64,000 nt of DNA from Lepidodermella squamata (Eukaryota; Animalia; Gastrotricha). Positions 1-26,053 of the stretch are shown here, in pieces. A program made the translations under genes and the position numbers. The notes beneath the pieces were generated by a model. It did no database searches. It was given only the letters and a program-made list of their open reading frames with translations, and was not told the DNA's origin. The stretch is from the NCBI GenBank assembly GCA_047495785.1, contig JBLDXI010000015.1:1550001-1614000 (forward strand), read 5' to 3'. Position 1 is the stretch's first letter. Every line of letters starts with the position of its first letter.

Positions 1-205
1 CAGTGAAACGTTTCCTCGCCGTCGTGCACAGGTTTTTCGTAGCGAAAGTGTAGGCGGCTGGAAATTGAACCCAACCAGAGGGACAACTTGTCGACAGGCA
101 ATTAACAGTGCCATTAGTTGTCATCGCAACACAGCGACGCCAGGCGCCATTCGCAGATCCGTAAAAAATGGTAGCGATGAAAATGTAAGTGGAAATGAAA
201 TTCAT
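1..205 (-). CDS. 5' end (partial, runs off window) of a secreted Cys-containing protein, possibly C-type-lectin-like
   Basis: ATG at 205; reads MNFISTYIFIATIFYGSANG-AWRRCVAMTTNGTVNCLSTSCPSGWVQFPAAY... open to the window edge. Signal-peptide-like N-terminus, CPSGWxxF motif typical of the start of long-form CTLDs, and TATAAA on the minus strand at ~272-277. Not in the ORF track because no stop is visible. Confidence 0.55.
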   Translation of the reverse strand, partial: MNFISTYIFIATIFYGSANGAWRRCVAMTTNGTVNCLSTSCPSGWVQFPAAYTFATKNLCTTARKRFT

Positions 206-986
206 TTTAATCGTCAGGATAATTAATGTTGAGAAAAGCTTGGAATGAATAATAACCTGTACAACGCAGAATTTATAGCCAACCGAAGCATTTAGAGCTG
301 CTGGTGAAAAAACAGCTCCTCGTTTGTTACGTAATATCGAAAAATTAATTAGAACTAAATAACTTCATTAATTAATGTTTTGCACGTGCCGGGTATTATA
401 CCTTCTGCACCACGCGATCGTTAGAATCCACGATTATTTTTCGTAACAGCATATGTCTAAGAATTTTTTGACCTGGTGCATTCGTTTTAGCGAATTATTC
501 AATGAACCTCCTTTGGGGTTATCGGAAGATAAGGTGCTAGTCAGTAAAATGTATGTTCAAGCTGTAGAATGAGGCATACTCAAAAATTGAGAAACCGAAT
601 TCGATAAAATGTTTCAGGGAGTTAACTTGTTAACTAAACGATGAGGTCCAATAAGAGTTAACGGTTCTGAACCACTGTGGGCTCACAGTTCAGGTTTAAG
701 TTTAACCACCGTTCTGCGTCGATTTACCTGGGCCCGGATAGTCCTTTGGATTTCTTCCTAATCTACAGACGCTTAGGAACCCTGCAAACTGTAAAAGAAC
801 GAAAATCGAATGATTCTGTTGGGGGGAAAGACTGCTTTTCGGCTAGATTATACGTAACCATCACATACATTTTTTAATTTAAGGAAAAATCATGAATTTT
901 GAGTATTTGGACGTGAGAAATTCGAACGCCCAATCTGAGATCGGCTGAAATACTCTGATAGCCTAAGACTGATAATATACTAATTT

Positions 987-3669
987 TTATTGTTGTGATT
1001 CAGCTGTGATATAATTGACAGTTTCTACTGCAGTAGGAGCCGGCGGTAAAAACGGCACGGCGTGAACCGGGGTCTGCGCGGCGCTCGGCGGTTCTTGGCG
1101 CTGTTTCGAGCGCGCAACCAGTTCAAGTGCGCGCTCGGCGTAGCGCGGCCAGCACCGGCTGAGGGTCTGATAGAACAGCACCTTGATTTCGAGGCGGAGT
1201 TTGTCGCTGGCGAGCGCGAATATAACGAGGTTATCGGCGTAGCTGAGGCACGTCAGCACGCTGAATGCGTTGAGGACGCTGCAGATCTGGTCGAAGAGCA
1301 GAAGCGCGTTGTCTGCGCCGTTGATGGCCTCGTACAGGCGCAGCGTGGCGCCGAGGGCGAGTTGCGGCAGCACGCACGTGAAGAAGTTGAGCGTGACGGC
1401 GGTGAGCAGGAACACGGTCGAGCGCATGCGCTTATCGACAAAAGCCGATACCTATTAGCCAAATTTGACAGATTTAAAGCATGAATATTTAGTAGCTGAA
1501 AGCTTCAACCCAATTTCGGACACAAGTAGAAATAAAATTTCACAATCAATTTTTGAAATCGATTGCGATATTTCAAGCCGAATAAGATAATTATTTACTC
1601 GCAGTAGATACCTATAGTTAAAGGGTCGGTATATTCGCGTTAGAATTTTTGAATATTGACAGGGCGATTTTGACTTGAGGTACTTTTAAAAGGACTTAAA
1701 GTTGTGGATAATTAAACATTTCCTGCTTGGAAACTGGAAATGTTCAAAATTTGAAACTGAGTAAGACTCAGGCTTCGATGTCGGCTTGGACTTAACTGCT
1801 GAACATGTCCTTGTGCGCTTGTAGGATCTGAATCCTAAGTTTCTGAACCTTTCTTAAAGGTTCCGCTTACATCATGAGCCGAAAGGTCTGCTATGTGTTG
1901 AATTCATTCAACGTATTTTTCCATAATGAATCCAAAACGGATTCACTGCATTTCTTTGCAAGCTTGGATTTAAGCTTCAGAATGATCAAATTAATACGTA
2001 ATTTCTCAACCCGAAGGAAATTGAAGCTTAAAATTGTGTCTTTATCAATTCATAGTTGGGATTCTTTAGATTTCGGTACATTTTGGGTCGGTTCCTGGTT
2101 TCGATCATTAACGAATCCAAGGAAAAGAAATTTGAAGGTTCCATAAGATTCCAAGCTTGAGATCAAACTAGATTTTTTTATCCAGATGAAATAGGAACCT
2201 TACTCAGTTTCAAGGTTAGAATATGTTGGGCAAAGAACTTTCAATTATCCGGAATTGGAACCCCTTTCAAGTACGAATAGGCTAATAGACCCGTACTTAT
2301 CCTAGTACGAATATCCAACCCAACTTTGGCTTTTGGCAAGTCAAAGTGACTCCATAGCCCCAAGCCACCAGTATCATTAGGAATGAGTAAAAAAAATTAA
2401 TGCCCCTATAAACAAATCAAACCTTATGTGCTTGCGGCGTTTTCATGTTACTGTTAAGCAGCTGAGCAGTTTGCGTCGACGCAGCCGCTAGAGTAATAGT
2501 CGATCTCGAGAGTTCAGTCAGCAATTTAATCTGCGCCAACGGCCGGTTGACAGGCTTCGGCTGTCTCGAATTAACTAGGAGTTTCGTTATCACGGCTATG
2601 TTCATCGCCAGGACGAGCACGAAAGGTATAATAAAAACCAGCGCCATTTGATGAAAGAAATGGTCCATATTCAGGTAAAATACTTGATAATCTAAACTCG
2701 GAAAAAATTTCGGAATTTTTTTATTAGGATTTTTGTATGAAGCTAAGATTTCTCACCTTGAACGTGGCTGCAAAATGCGTTCGCAACTTCGACTTCTTTA
2801 TACATTGTAGCGCCGTCTTCAGTGGTCGATACATCAATCATTCGATTAGACTGAAAAAGGTTCATAAAAAATTGAACTTGAGTGAAATTTATTCCTATAA
2901 TTCTTGAAAAATTGTGATCTAATTTTTTTAATTTTGTTTGATGACTAATTATAGAAAACCTTTTCCCAAGAAGGTCGTACCTCTTTGGTATCGATGAAAA
3001 GGCGCCAAAGTTGGGAGGCGACAACAACGGAGAATAAAATGATGATAACTTTTTGCGATTTGTCATTTTTGAATATTTTCTTCAGATAAAACGGAAAGCA
3101 GATAGCCGTAAACAGCTCGCCGGTTATTAGAACGTTCATCCACTGCGTCGACAGTTGTATTGCAGGCGGGAAGAATCGGTACATTTTACACAGAAATGCA
3201 TTCATATGAGCTTCGATCGATCCATATTTCTAGGAATATTCAAAAACTTTGAAAAGCTGAATTTTTAAAAAATGTTTAGTTCCTACCACAGATAAAAGGC
3301 CATCTATGGTTTGCAAAGCAGTTATGGTGAGCGCGCACGTATTGATAACAGCCAGGGTGACTAGAGAGATTGCAAAAGAGCGCCATCGCATTTTTCGCCG
3401 CCGAACCAAGTAAATGAAGGTCATATTGCATGGCAGGCCAACGGCGAACAGGCCCAGTTTAGCGATATCGAAAATGTAACTGCCGCTGTCGCAACTCGAC
3501 ATGCTCTCATCAGCGCCGAAAAGGGTAAAATTACCTGGAAAACATGGGGGAAAATCATTAAAATCCAGGTCTAACTTCCAGGAACTCTAGAGAGCAATTT
3601 AAAGGTGAAACACACGGAACTAAAGGACTCTGAGGTACCTTGCGTAGTTGTAATACCATTCTTTTTCAT
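987..3669 (-). CDS. Class A (rhodopsin-like) 7TM GPCR, peptide-receptor/chemoreceptor-like, ~458 aa, 6 exons
   Basis: Exons 3669-3639, 3534-3287, 3229-2960, 2850-2757, 2691-2423, 1451-987, all GT-AG and frame-consistent (1377 nt). N-terminal NFT sequon, TM1 GLPCN, TM3 CKMYRF...ELFTAICFP, ECL2 Cys, TM5 FIIPF, TM6 FFTCVLP, TM7 ADNLVIF. Confidence 0.85.
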
Positions 3670-5329
3670 ATTATAGCAATTCTTAAGGGGGATTCGTCTG
3701 TATAAAGAAAATTAGCGATAATTATTCCTATCATGTTTTTTTCGGGATATTATCATCAAAATGATCATACCAGTCACGTGTGTCTGTTGTCGTGATGTCA
3801 GCGAATAAATGGTGCCGATGGAGACTGATGATAAAATCTTGTGCAAATATAAAAAATATTGCCATAATTTATGCGCAAAACCTTTTTGTTTTGAGTATAA
3901 AAAATCGCCTCGCGCGCGACTTGGCTATATGCAAAGCTATAATATTATTACTATGATTTAAGCGTATAATTCAGCGCCGCGATAGCGTTTCAATTTTCAA
4001 TAGGGTCGTCCGATATTTTATGAATTTTTACGAATGCCACATATATGGTTGCTGTTTTACGTCGCATAGCGTAGACGCAAAAACCGGCGGCCAAACTGTG
4101 ATCATATCGATTTTATTGCTGCTTTATTTCCCCTATAACATTGGCACCTATTCGAAAATAATAGGGGCGAGAAATTTTCTCATAATAATTCAGAGTGTTA
4201 CATTATTTTATTATATAATATATCACCCTAATAATATATAGCAATAACACTTATTATTTGTCATTAAAAGGCAATAATAAAAGTCAACGCACGCTTATAT
4301 ATTATGCTAAGTCGCGAAGAATATTTGCGCCGACTCGCACGCTCAGAATTTTTTAGCGCAACTCAGTTCGAAACGATTTATGTCTGTTTGATGCGGCGAC
4401 TGACCTTAAGAAATATTACGATCAATTACGTAAACCGATGACTGCCAAATTTCGGACACTCCGCGATTTTTATCATTGTGATATTGCTCGGATATAAATG
4501 AGGCCGAAATTGAGTTGAAAAATCAAGACTTGATAGCAATTCTAAACCGTGTTATTAGCGCCGAGATCACCGCCGCGTTCCAATTCTCATGACGCCAAAA
4601 TATTATACAGTCTCTATCACAGGAGCGTCTGATTGCGGGTCTCGTGAGTGAATCAATAACGATGATATATATCGAATTTTACGCCGAGTCAATTGACAAT
4701 TTTTAGATCATCATCAGTGCGATTTTATTGGCACGTATCCTTAGTAAATAGCGAGCGTGATGATCCCACGCATTTTTCAATGGTCTCTGTAATGCGGTTT
4801 GTACCTTTTATGGCCGAAGTTATTCATTGATAATAAGCTGCATGTTGATCATAAAATTATGAAAGAATCAAAAATTCGCGAGTCAGTACATATTGCTGTA
4901 ACTTCAATGTTCAGTGACCCGATTGTAAATGGATTGTAGTGGTTACTGGTAGAACCATTACACTTTACACTTTAACTTTAAAGGCACTTGTGACTAATCT
5001 GCTACGTTTTATGAGCGAGAAAAGATAACAATTTCGTCTGGTTTCTGATATGTGATGATAAGTTAACGACTCTTGTCGACTCTTTTTATGGCGGATTTGA
5101 GATTGAAAAGAATCTTCAGGTTCGGTACGCAACTCTCTTCGTGACGCTGATTGGATCTCTGGTTTAGCCTTGCCGGCTGGTAGAAGAGTATGCGCTCGTA
5201 ATTTTCGAATTTCGGGAAGGTTTTGGCTAGTGATCAATGAATCACTTTTGGGATCCCCCACGGCGCATTTCCCAGAAGTTGCGCAACTATTTTGTTTAGC
5301 AACTTTTTGTAGGAAATTCAATAAACCTA

Positions 5330-5545
5330 CCGAGAGAATCTCTAATCTTATATCCACGATTTAACCGAAGAAATACAAAATTTACCGGTGAAAACCCGGA
5401 AACCCCAATACAGGTTTGGTAATTTTCGGTAGTTTACCCGGATTGACCACATTTCTTCGGACTTTTTTATCCCATCAACAAGTGGCATACTCGCGGTTAC
5501 TATTCTCGTGATTTTGTGAATTTTTCTAAACAATTTCTGGCCATG
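5330..5545. repeat. Dispersed repeat, diverged copy 1 (copy 2 at ~14105-14320)
   Basis: Collinear shared blocks ACCGAGAGAA, GATTTAAC, AAAATTTACCGG(T/A)GAAAACC, TTTACCCGG, ATCCCAT, TATTCTCGTGATTTT in both places. Confidence 0.6.
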
Positions 5546-6487
5546 AAAAGCGACTTCTTCTCTCATTTAGAGTTTCTGAACCTTTTCCGTGTATTTTCTT
5601 TGCTTGCGTTACTTATGGGACACGCTGTATGTCACATTTTTGAATAGCCCTTAATGCAGGCCTACTCGCGGGGTCTTTACTCCGATCTCTTTGATTTTTG
5701 TGGGGCTGAAATAGTTCTTTCTTGGAATGTCAAAATTAGTTGAAGCTTCTGCCCTTTCATTTTCAGAAAGGAGTTCATCATCATTTAGCCAGATTTGCAG
5801 AATCAGCGTTACGAAGTAGATCCTCGAGAGGGATTTTTGGTCTTCTTGTCTTGACCTCTAGATCTAGTTCGATACCCCTTTTTTACTTGGAACACATTTT
5901 TGTACTACGGTGCTATGCACACATTTGAATCGATTCATCTATCTATGATACCGCTATGATTCAGAGAATGTTTATATAAACCAGGCGCGTTTAGTTGTCA
6001 TACCCTTGAAATATACGTTTCCTTGCTCTGACCATGTGGAAGTAAGCACCTAGTCATAGAACCTGGTAAAAAAAACTCTTAAGGTTTTCAAGACACGCAA
6101 AAAACGCATTCTGATGAGCTTAGTCTGATGTTTTATTGATGTTGATTGTATTTGCACTTACTCTCAACTCAAACGTGCAGTGACATATATAATTCAAGAC
6201 CATAATATAATTCTGATGTTGCTTTATTTTCTATGCTTAGCATCACAATTCGACATCACACCGATACTGAATGTACTAGATTTTTCGGCTATTTTCCGGA
6301 TAGCCTCGCTTACAAAAACATAACATTATAAGTATTTTTGAATAAAACATGACTGAGGGCAATGTCTTTCCTGTTTTACTATGCCGACAAAAGGACGAAC
6401 TAAACATGTGATGACATTGATTTTCAGTTCGACACATAAATTCTTATAGAAATTCGAGATGCATTTGATTGTTCATTCATTAGCGAT

Positions 6488-8689
6488 TTAATCGACTTCC
6501 TCAATGGTCGGGCCACCGCGACCGCTGCTCGCACCACCAGCTCCGGGAGCACCACCGGCGCCAGGCATACCACCGGGCATACCGCCAGGCATGCCACCAG
6601 GAGCACCACCGCCGGCTTGGTAGGCCTTCATGATAATCGGATTGCAGACGCCCTCGAGTTCCTTCTGCTTGTGGTCGAACTCTTCCTTCTCGGCCAGCTG
6701 GTTCTTGTCGAGCCAGTCCAGCATTTCCTTGCACTTGTCCTGGATCGTCTGACGGTCAGAGTCGCTGATCTTGTCCTTCAGCTTCTCGTCTTCAACCGAC
6801 TGCTTCATGGCGAAGACGTACGACTCGAGAGCGTTCTTCGACTGAATGCGCTCCTTCTGCTTGTCGTCTTCAGCGCGGTACTTGTCAGCATCCTTCACCA
6901 TGCGCTCGATGTCGTCCTTTGACAGACGGCCCTTGTCGTTGGTGATGGTGATCTTGTTCTCGCGACCAGTGCTCTTTTCGACGGCCGACACGTTCATGAT
7001 ACCGTTGGCATCGATATCGAAGGTGACGTCGATCTGAGGAACACCACGAGGGGCGGGCGGGATGCTGGTCAGCTCGAACTTGCCCAGCAGGTTGTTGTCC
7101 TTGGTCATGGCACGCTCACCTTCGTAGACCTGAATACAAAGAAAAACACAAAATTAGTCACAAATCCAATAAAATACTCAATACAAGAGAAAATATCAGT
7201 TCAAGGAAGGCAGTCTAGATCCTTAAAATGTACTCGTCACAAAGACTCCGGAAGGATCCTTCATCATTAAGGCAAGCGAAAAGCTAGTTATCTCTAATCA
7301 ATATTTACCTGAATCAAGACAGCAGTTTGGTTGTCCGAATAGGTAGTGAAGGTTTGCGACTGCTTGGTCGGAATGGTGGTGTTGCGCTTGATGATAGCAG
7401 TCATGACACCGCCAGCAGTTTCGATACCGAGGGTGAGAGGAGCAACGTCGAGAAGCAGCAGGTCCTGGATCTCCTCAGCCTTGTCACCGGACAGGATAGC
7501 GGCCTGGACGGCAGCACCGTAGGCGACGGCTTCGTCGGGGTTGATCGACTTGTTGAGCTCCTTGCCGTTGAAGAAGTCTTGCAGCAGCTTCTGGACCTTC
7601 GGGATACGAGTGGAACCACCGACCAACACAACTTCGTGAATTTGGGCCTTGTCCATCTTAGCATCGCGCAGTGACTTTTCGACGGGCTCGAGGGTGCCGC
7701 GGAACAAGTCAGCGTTCAGCTCTTCGAAACGAGCACGGGTGATGTTCGAGTAGAAATCAATGCCGTCATACAGCGAATCGATTTCAACAGAGGCCTGGGT
7801 GCTGGACGAGAGGGAACGCTTCGCACGCTCGCAAGCGGTACGCAGACGGCGGAGGGCACGCTTGTTCTCCGAGATGTCCTTCTTGTTCTTGCGCTTGAAT
7901 TCTTCGACGAAGTAGTTGACCATGCGGTTATCGAAATCTTCACCACCCAAGTGAGTATCACCAGCAGTAGACTTGACTTCGAAGATACCGTCTTCAATGG
8001 TCAGGATGGAGACATCGAAGGTACCACCTCCCAAGTCGAAGATGAGAACGTTTCGCTCACCACCAACCTTCTTGTCAAGACCGTAGGCAATGGCGGCGGC
8101 GGTCGGTTCGTTGATGATGCGGAGGACATTCATGCCAGAGATGGTGCCGGCATCCTTTGTAGCTTGACGCTGCGAGTCGTTGAAATACGCAGGGACAGTA
8201 ACGACAGCGTTAGTGACTTTCTTGCCCAAGTAGGCTTCGGCAATCTCCTTCATCTTCGTGAGGACCATGGCAGAGATTTCTTCGGGGAAGAACGTCTTGG
8301 TCTCACCCTTGTACAACACCTGGATTTTCGGCTTGCCGCTGTCGGCAACGACCTTGAACGGCCAGTGCTTCATGTCGCTCTGGACCACGGGGTCATCGAA
8401 ACGACGGCCGATGAGACGCTTCGCGTCGAAGACGGTGTTTTCAGGGTTCATGGCAACTTGGTTTTTGGCGGCATCACCGATCAACCTCTCGGTGTCGGTG
8501 AAGGCCACGTAGGACGGCGTAGTACGGTTACCTTGGTCGTTGGCGATGATTTCAACTGTAAAAAAACGTAATTAGGTCAAAATCTAGGATAAGTAGTTGA
8601 GATGACATACCCTTGCCGTGTTGAAAAACGCCGACGCAGGAGTAAGTAGTACCCAAATCAATACCAATTGCGGGAGCTTTAGCAGCCAT
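6488..8689 (-). CDS. HSPA8: Cytosolic heat shock cognate 70 (HSP70/HSC70), ~655 aa, 3 exons
   Basis: Exons 8689-8611, 8555-7309, 7129-6488. Signatures [37 protein letters not shown]; GGMP repeats; C-terminal GPTIEEVD; introns and strong codon bias fit a constitutive cognate form. Confidence 0.97.
7192..7272 (-). ncRNA. Intronic box C/D snoRNA candidate with a U14/U83-region 18S guide
   Basis: In HSP70 intron 2 (7308-7130), sense strand: box C ATGATGA (7267-7261), C'-like GTGACGA, box D CTGA (7199-7196). The D-adjacent 12-mer CTGCCTTCCTTG is complementary to conserved 18S CAAGGAAGGCAG. Internal stem GATCCTT/AAGGATC; box D lies ~66 nt before the 3' splice site. Confidence 0.75.
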
Positions 8690-8780
8690 ATTTGTTAGTC
8701 GTAATGTTCAACAGATAGAATAAAATATAACTAACAAGTCCTCAAAAGCACTCGCTGTATTTCTGTCGCGTCGAATAGTG

Positions 8781-8863
8781 AAGAGACTAGAAGGATACCT
8801 ACGCAAATATATACGGCGTTGCCGGCACACGCTTTTCTAGAACCTTCCATCACGTGACTCAGC
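8781..8863 (-). promoter_or_regulatory. HSP70 core promoter: heat shock element, TATA box, E-box/AP-1(ARE)-like site, pyrimidine (TOP/TCT-like) start region
   Basis: Perfect 3-unit HSE TTCtaGAAccTTC at 8835-8847; TATATATTT on minus at 8813-8805; CACGTG 8851-8856 overlapping TGACTCAGC 8855-8863; CTCTTC about 25-30 nt downstream of the TATA. Confidence 0.75.
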
Positions 8864-11100
8864 GACGCGTGCTAACAACGCCATTTTTGTTAACAAACAA
8901 AATACATTAATTATTAATTTCAGCAACTTTTAAAGACATTGAAATTATTTGCTGTCAAATACTACGCCGCGAATTTTTGAACCAAATCAATCGCCACACG
9001 TGTGTGCGGAGATGAGGACATTCCAGTCATTTTCAAGTTCAAAGTTCATATTTTCAATGACATGAACACGAGGGCGAACAGTTATTTTACCCATTTTGCC
9101 ACATGTCAGGCGTTATGTTAAAGACCAGTACGATAACTCCTTGATTCGACCCTGCTGGCAGGATGATAAACCCTGGGCATTTACTTGACCAATTTTTGCA
9201 CTCGCGCCACGATTTTGAAATAAACGATTGCACACTGCAAACGCATAAAAAAATAAGTAAACAACAATTAACAACATTATTTACAATCCTTGCCTGTTGG
9301 CTGTTGGCCGTTGGCCATAGGCGTTGTTTGATTGCTGCATTTGTCCCTGCTGGAAGGATGATGTACCCTCTGGTTTGCAACCCCTGCGAGGTTGCTAGCG
9401 CTGTGCAGCCATTTCCAATTTCGTTGGTAGAAGTGTGCTTTCAGAGGGATCCATGTCAGAGGGTGCACTCTGTCAGAGGGCTATATTTCCTGCTGCCAGA
9501 GCGTTCGCAGAGAGCTCCTTTACACTTGTTCTCCTCAGCTGTTTCCAAAGCCCTCGCTACTCGGATGTATCCCCCACTTCCCTTACCTCTTTTTTATGCT
9601 CTATATCCTCCCACTCCCCATAATTCTTCTTCCTTGACTTTCTTCCACGTCAAATGACATTGTGAAGGCATTGTGAAGGCAACCAACATCATCAATATAT
9701 GACAATCTTCTATTTTTTTTAGGAAATATCTGTTATTTGAACAGCTCTATGGAAACGCGTTAATGAAAATGCTGTTGCGTAAACGTTGCTGAGTTTTATG
9801 AGTTTTATTAAATTACAGAAGTGGAACGCGGAACGGATTATTTAGGTAACGGGTGTTCAACGATTAAGAATGACTAACCTCAGCAGGTTTAGACAAAAAC
9901 GAAGCTGAAGAGCAAGCCAGGCCTGTATCCGCGGATGAAAATACCGCCGCATCAGGTGTAGAAGATGATAAACACGAGGGGTAGGACACTGACCCTGAAA
10001 CCGCATTTGAAGACGACGATGAACCCGACCTACTGGCCGAGCCTAGAACCGCGAATTTATGGGCGGCAGCGTGCGAAGCAGACGCAGTAGGACGAGTACC
10101 AGGTGGTGCTGACGGCGGTCGCGATTCCGGACCATTTAGAAGCGACACAGCTTCTGTCATTCTTGCCAAACGAGGCTATGAAAAGTTCGTGTTAATAAAC
10201 GCTGATTTTTCATGAATAGAAGTACCAAGAAGGCGTTGTTCGGCTCGTCAAATTGGCGATGTGCGTATTGCCCTCGACCGGCAGAAAAGCGGACTGATGA
10301 TTTTCAATGCCGGCTGCTGGCCGACGAACCGCTTGAAGAAGCGCAGGTTTAAAATTGCAACCTCGAAAGAGCGAATGAAGTATTGCACAACCTGAGCGAT
10401 GCCGAAAGTGCTCAGACCTCGTGTTTTGACGTGAGCCGGTGAAGCCGCAACTGCCGGCCAAAATAGCAACACCTTTATACGTGCCATCGATTAGTAGCGT
10501 TTTCCTCGAAGTTGTGTGAATTTGAAGTTGCGTCGCTTCTCATCAGCTGTCGTCCTAAAAGATAGCAACACCTTGGACAACGAACTGACAAGAAGAGACG
10601 TGTCCAACATGCCACCAGATCACTAAATAAAGCCTGATCGGTGATCGGTGTTGGTTCTTTTTGGTGTTGATTGTTGGTAGATTACAAATGAGTTGCTTCT
10701 GGCTATTGATTGCTTCGACATCGACACAAGGGCAAAATCATAAGGTGAGCAAGAGATATGCAGGCCTAATCTATCATGCGTCGACAGGCGAGCTCATTCG
10801 AATAGACGTCTTTTGACCAGGTCCATTTTAATATTAAATGGCACGCAGAATTTAGTAGCCACAGCAAGTCTTGTTTTTCAAGTTCAGAATGACCCTTAGA
10901 TAAAAGATTACGAGTGTTAGGTTTGAGCTGTTCGATATTAAGGAGTTGATCATTTAGCTTTGGTTATCCGTAATACGCAGCGCCTTGGGAGGAATTTTGA
11001 TGAGCATTGTCATAAAGACATAACGGCAGCTTACATTATTTGGTTGAATTATGGTTGAATAATTTTAATTTTAATAATTTTTAGAATTATTATTCTAAAG

Positions 11101-11496
11101 ATGAACATTGATATCAGCAGGTTTTTGGACGATGTTTGGCTGCCCAATCAGGACGTGAAAATTGTTACCACTCAGCCAATCGATAACCTCAGTCAAAAGC
11201 GCCAACTTCAAGCAGCCTGCTTATTTTGTCTAGCCCAAAACATGGCAGATATTGACGGTTTTCAGTTTGAATCAGAAGCGAAAAGTACCCAATTATGGCA
11301 AGCATGTGCCTCATTCCCAGAAGATTTGCTATCACTGATAGCTTATTACGAAATGACCTATGCAGTATTGGCAGGTGAAAACAACGTTGATGTCCTCCAA
11401 GTGATCGAAAAAATCGCCCGACTAGGTCAGAAAATTGCTGATCCAAATATTTCCGACTCTGATCTTTCCGAGGCGATTAGTTGTTGGATGAAATAA
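11101..11496 (+). CDS. Uncharacterised 131-aa ORF (orphan gene, terminal exon, or POLQ upstream exon)
   Basis: Protein-like acidic/helical composition; TTTTAG acceptor 16 nt upstream of the ATG; ends 75 nt before the POLQ ATG. No family recognised. Confidence 0.5.
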   Translation: MNIDISRFLDDVWLPNQDVKIVTTQPIDNLSQKRQLQAACLFCLAQNMADIDGFQFESEAKSTQLWQACASFPEDLLSLIAYYEMTYAVLAGENNVDVLQVIEKIARLGQKIADPNISDSDLSEAISCWMK

Positions 11497-11550
11497 TCAT
11501 TTGTTACCGATTAATGTATGTTCAACTGATGTGAATTGTTGCTCATTTAG

Positions 11551-25877
<14,327 letters not shown>

Positions 25878-26053
25878 CCCGATTTTATTACTGCGCAATC
25901 AAATTTTATTGATTTTTCTGTGAAGATCTGAAAAATAGCATGAATAAACGTGAAAAATAATGAGGTTGTGTGACTTTTATTACCCCTCGAGGAATTCATA
26001 TGAATTAGTAAACAAATGCTAGAAAGGAAAGATGATTTCTGAAAAATAGAAAA

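Noticed and set aside
1062-1484. 140-aa + strand ORF opposite the GPCR last exon
   Set aside because: Antisense shadow of a GC3-rich exon.
6501-8571. Long antisense and alternative-frame ORFs over HSP70 (6617-6922, 7327-7674, 7951-8571 etc.)
   Set aside because: Known shadow ORFs produced by biased codon usage in hsp70 genes; no independent coding signal.
10490-10550. Minus-strand CTGATGA plus short stem resembling a hammerhead ribozyme (also CTGATGAG at ~6111 on +)
   Set aside because: The required GAAA after stem II is missing and stems I/III could not be built.
25878-26053. POLQ to Mesh-like and Kunitz to PHYHD1 spacers (~176 nt) as operon junctions
   Set aside because: No clear pyrimidine-rich AG acceptor before the downstream ATGs; compact spacing alone is not enough.
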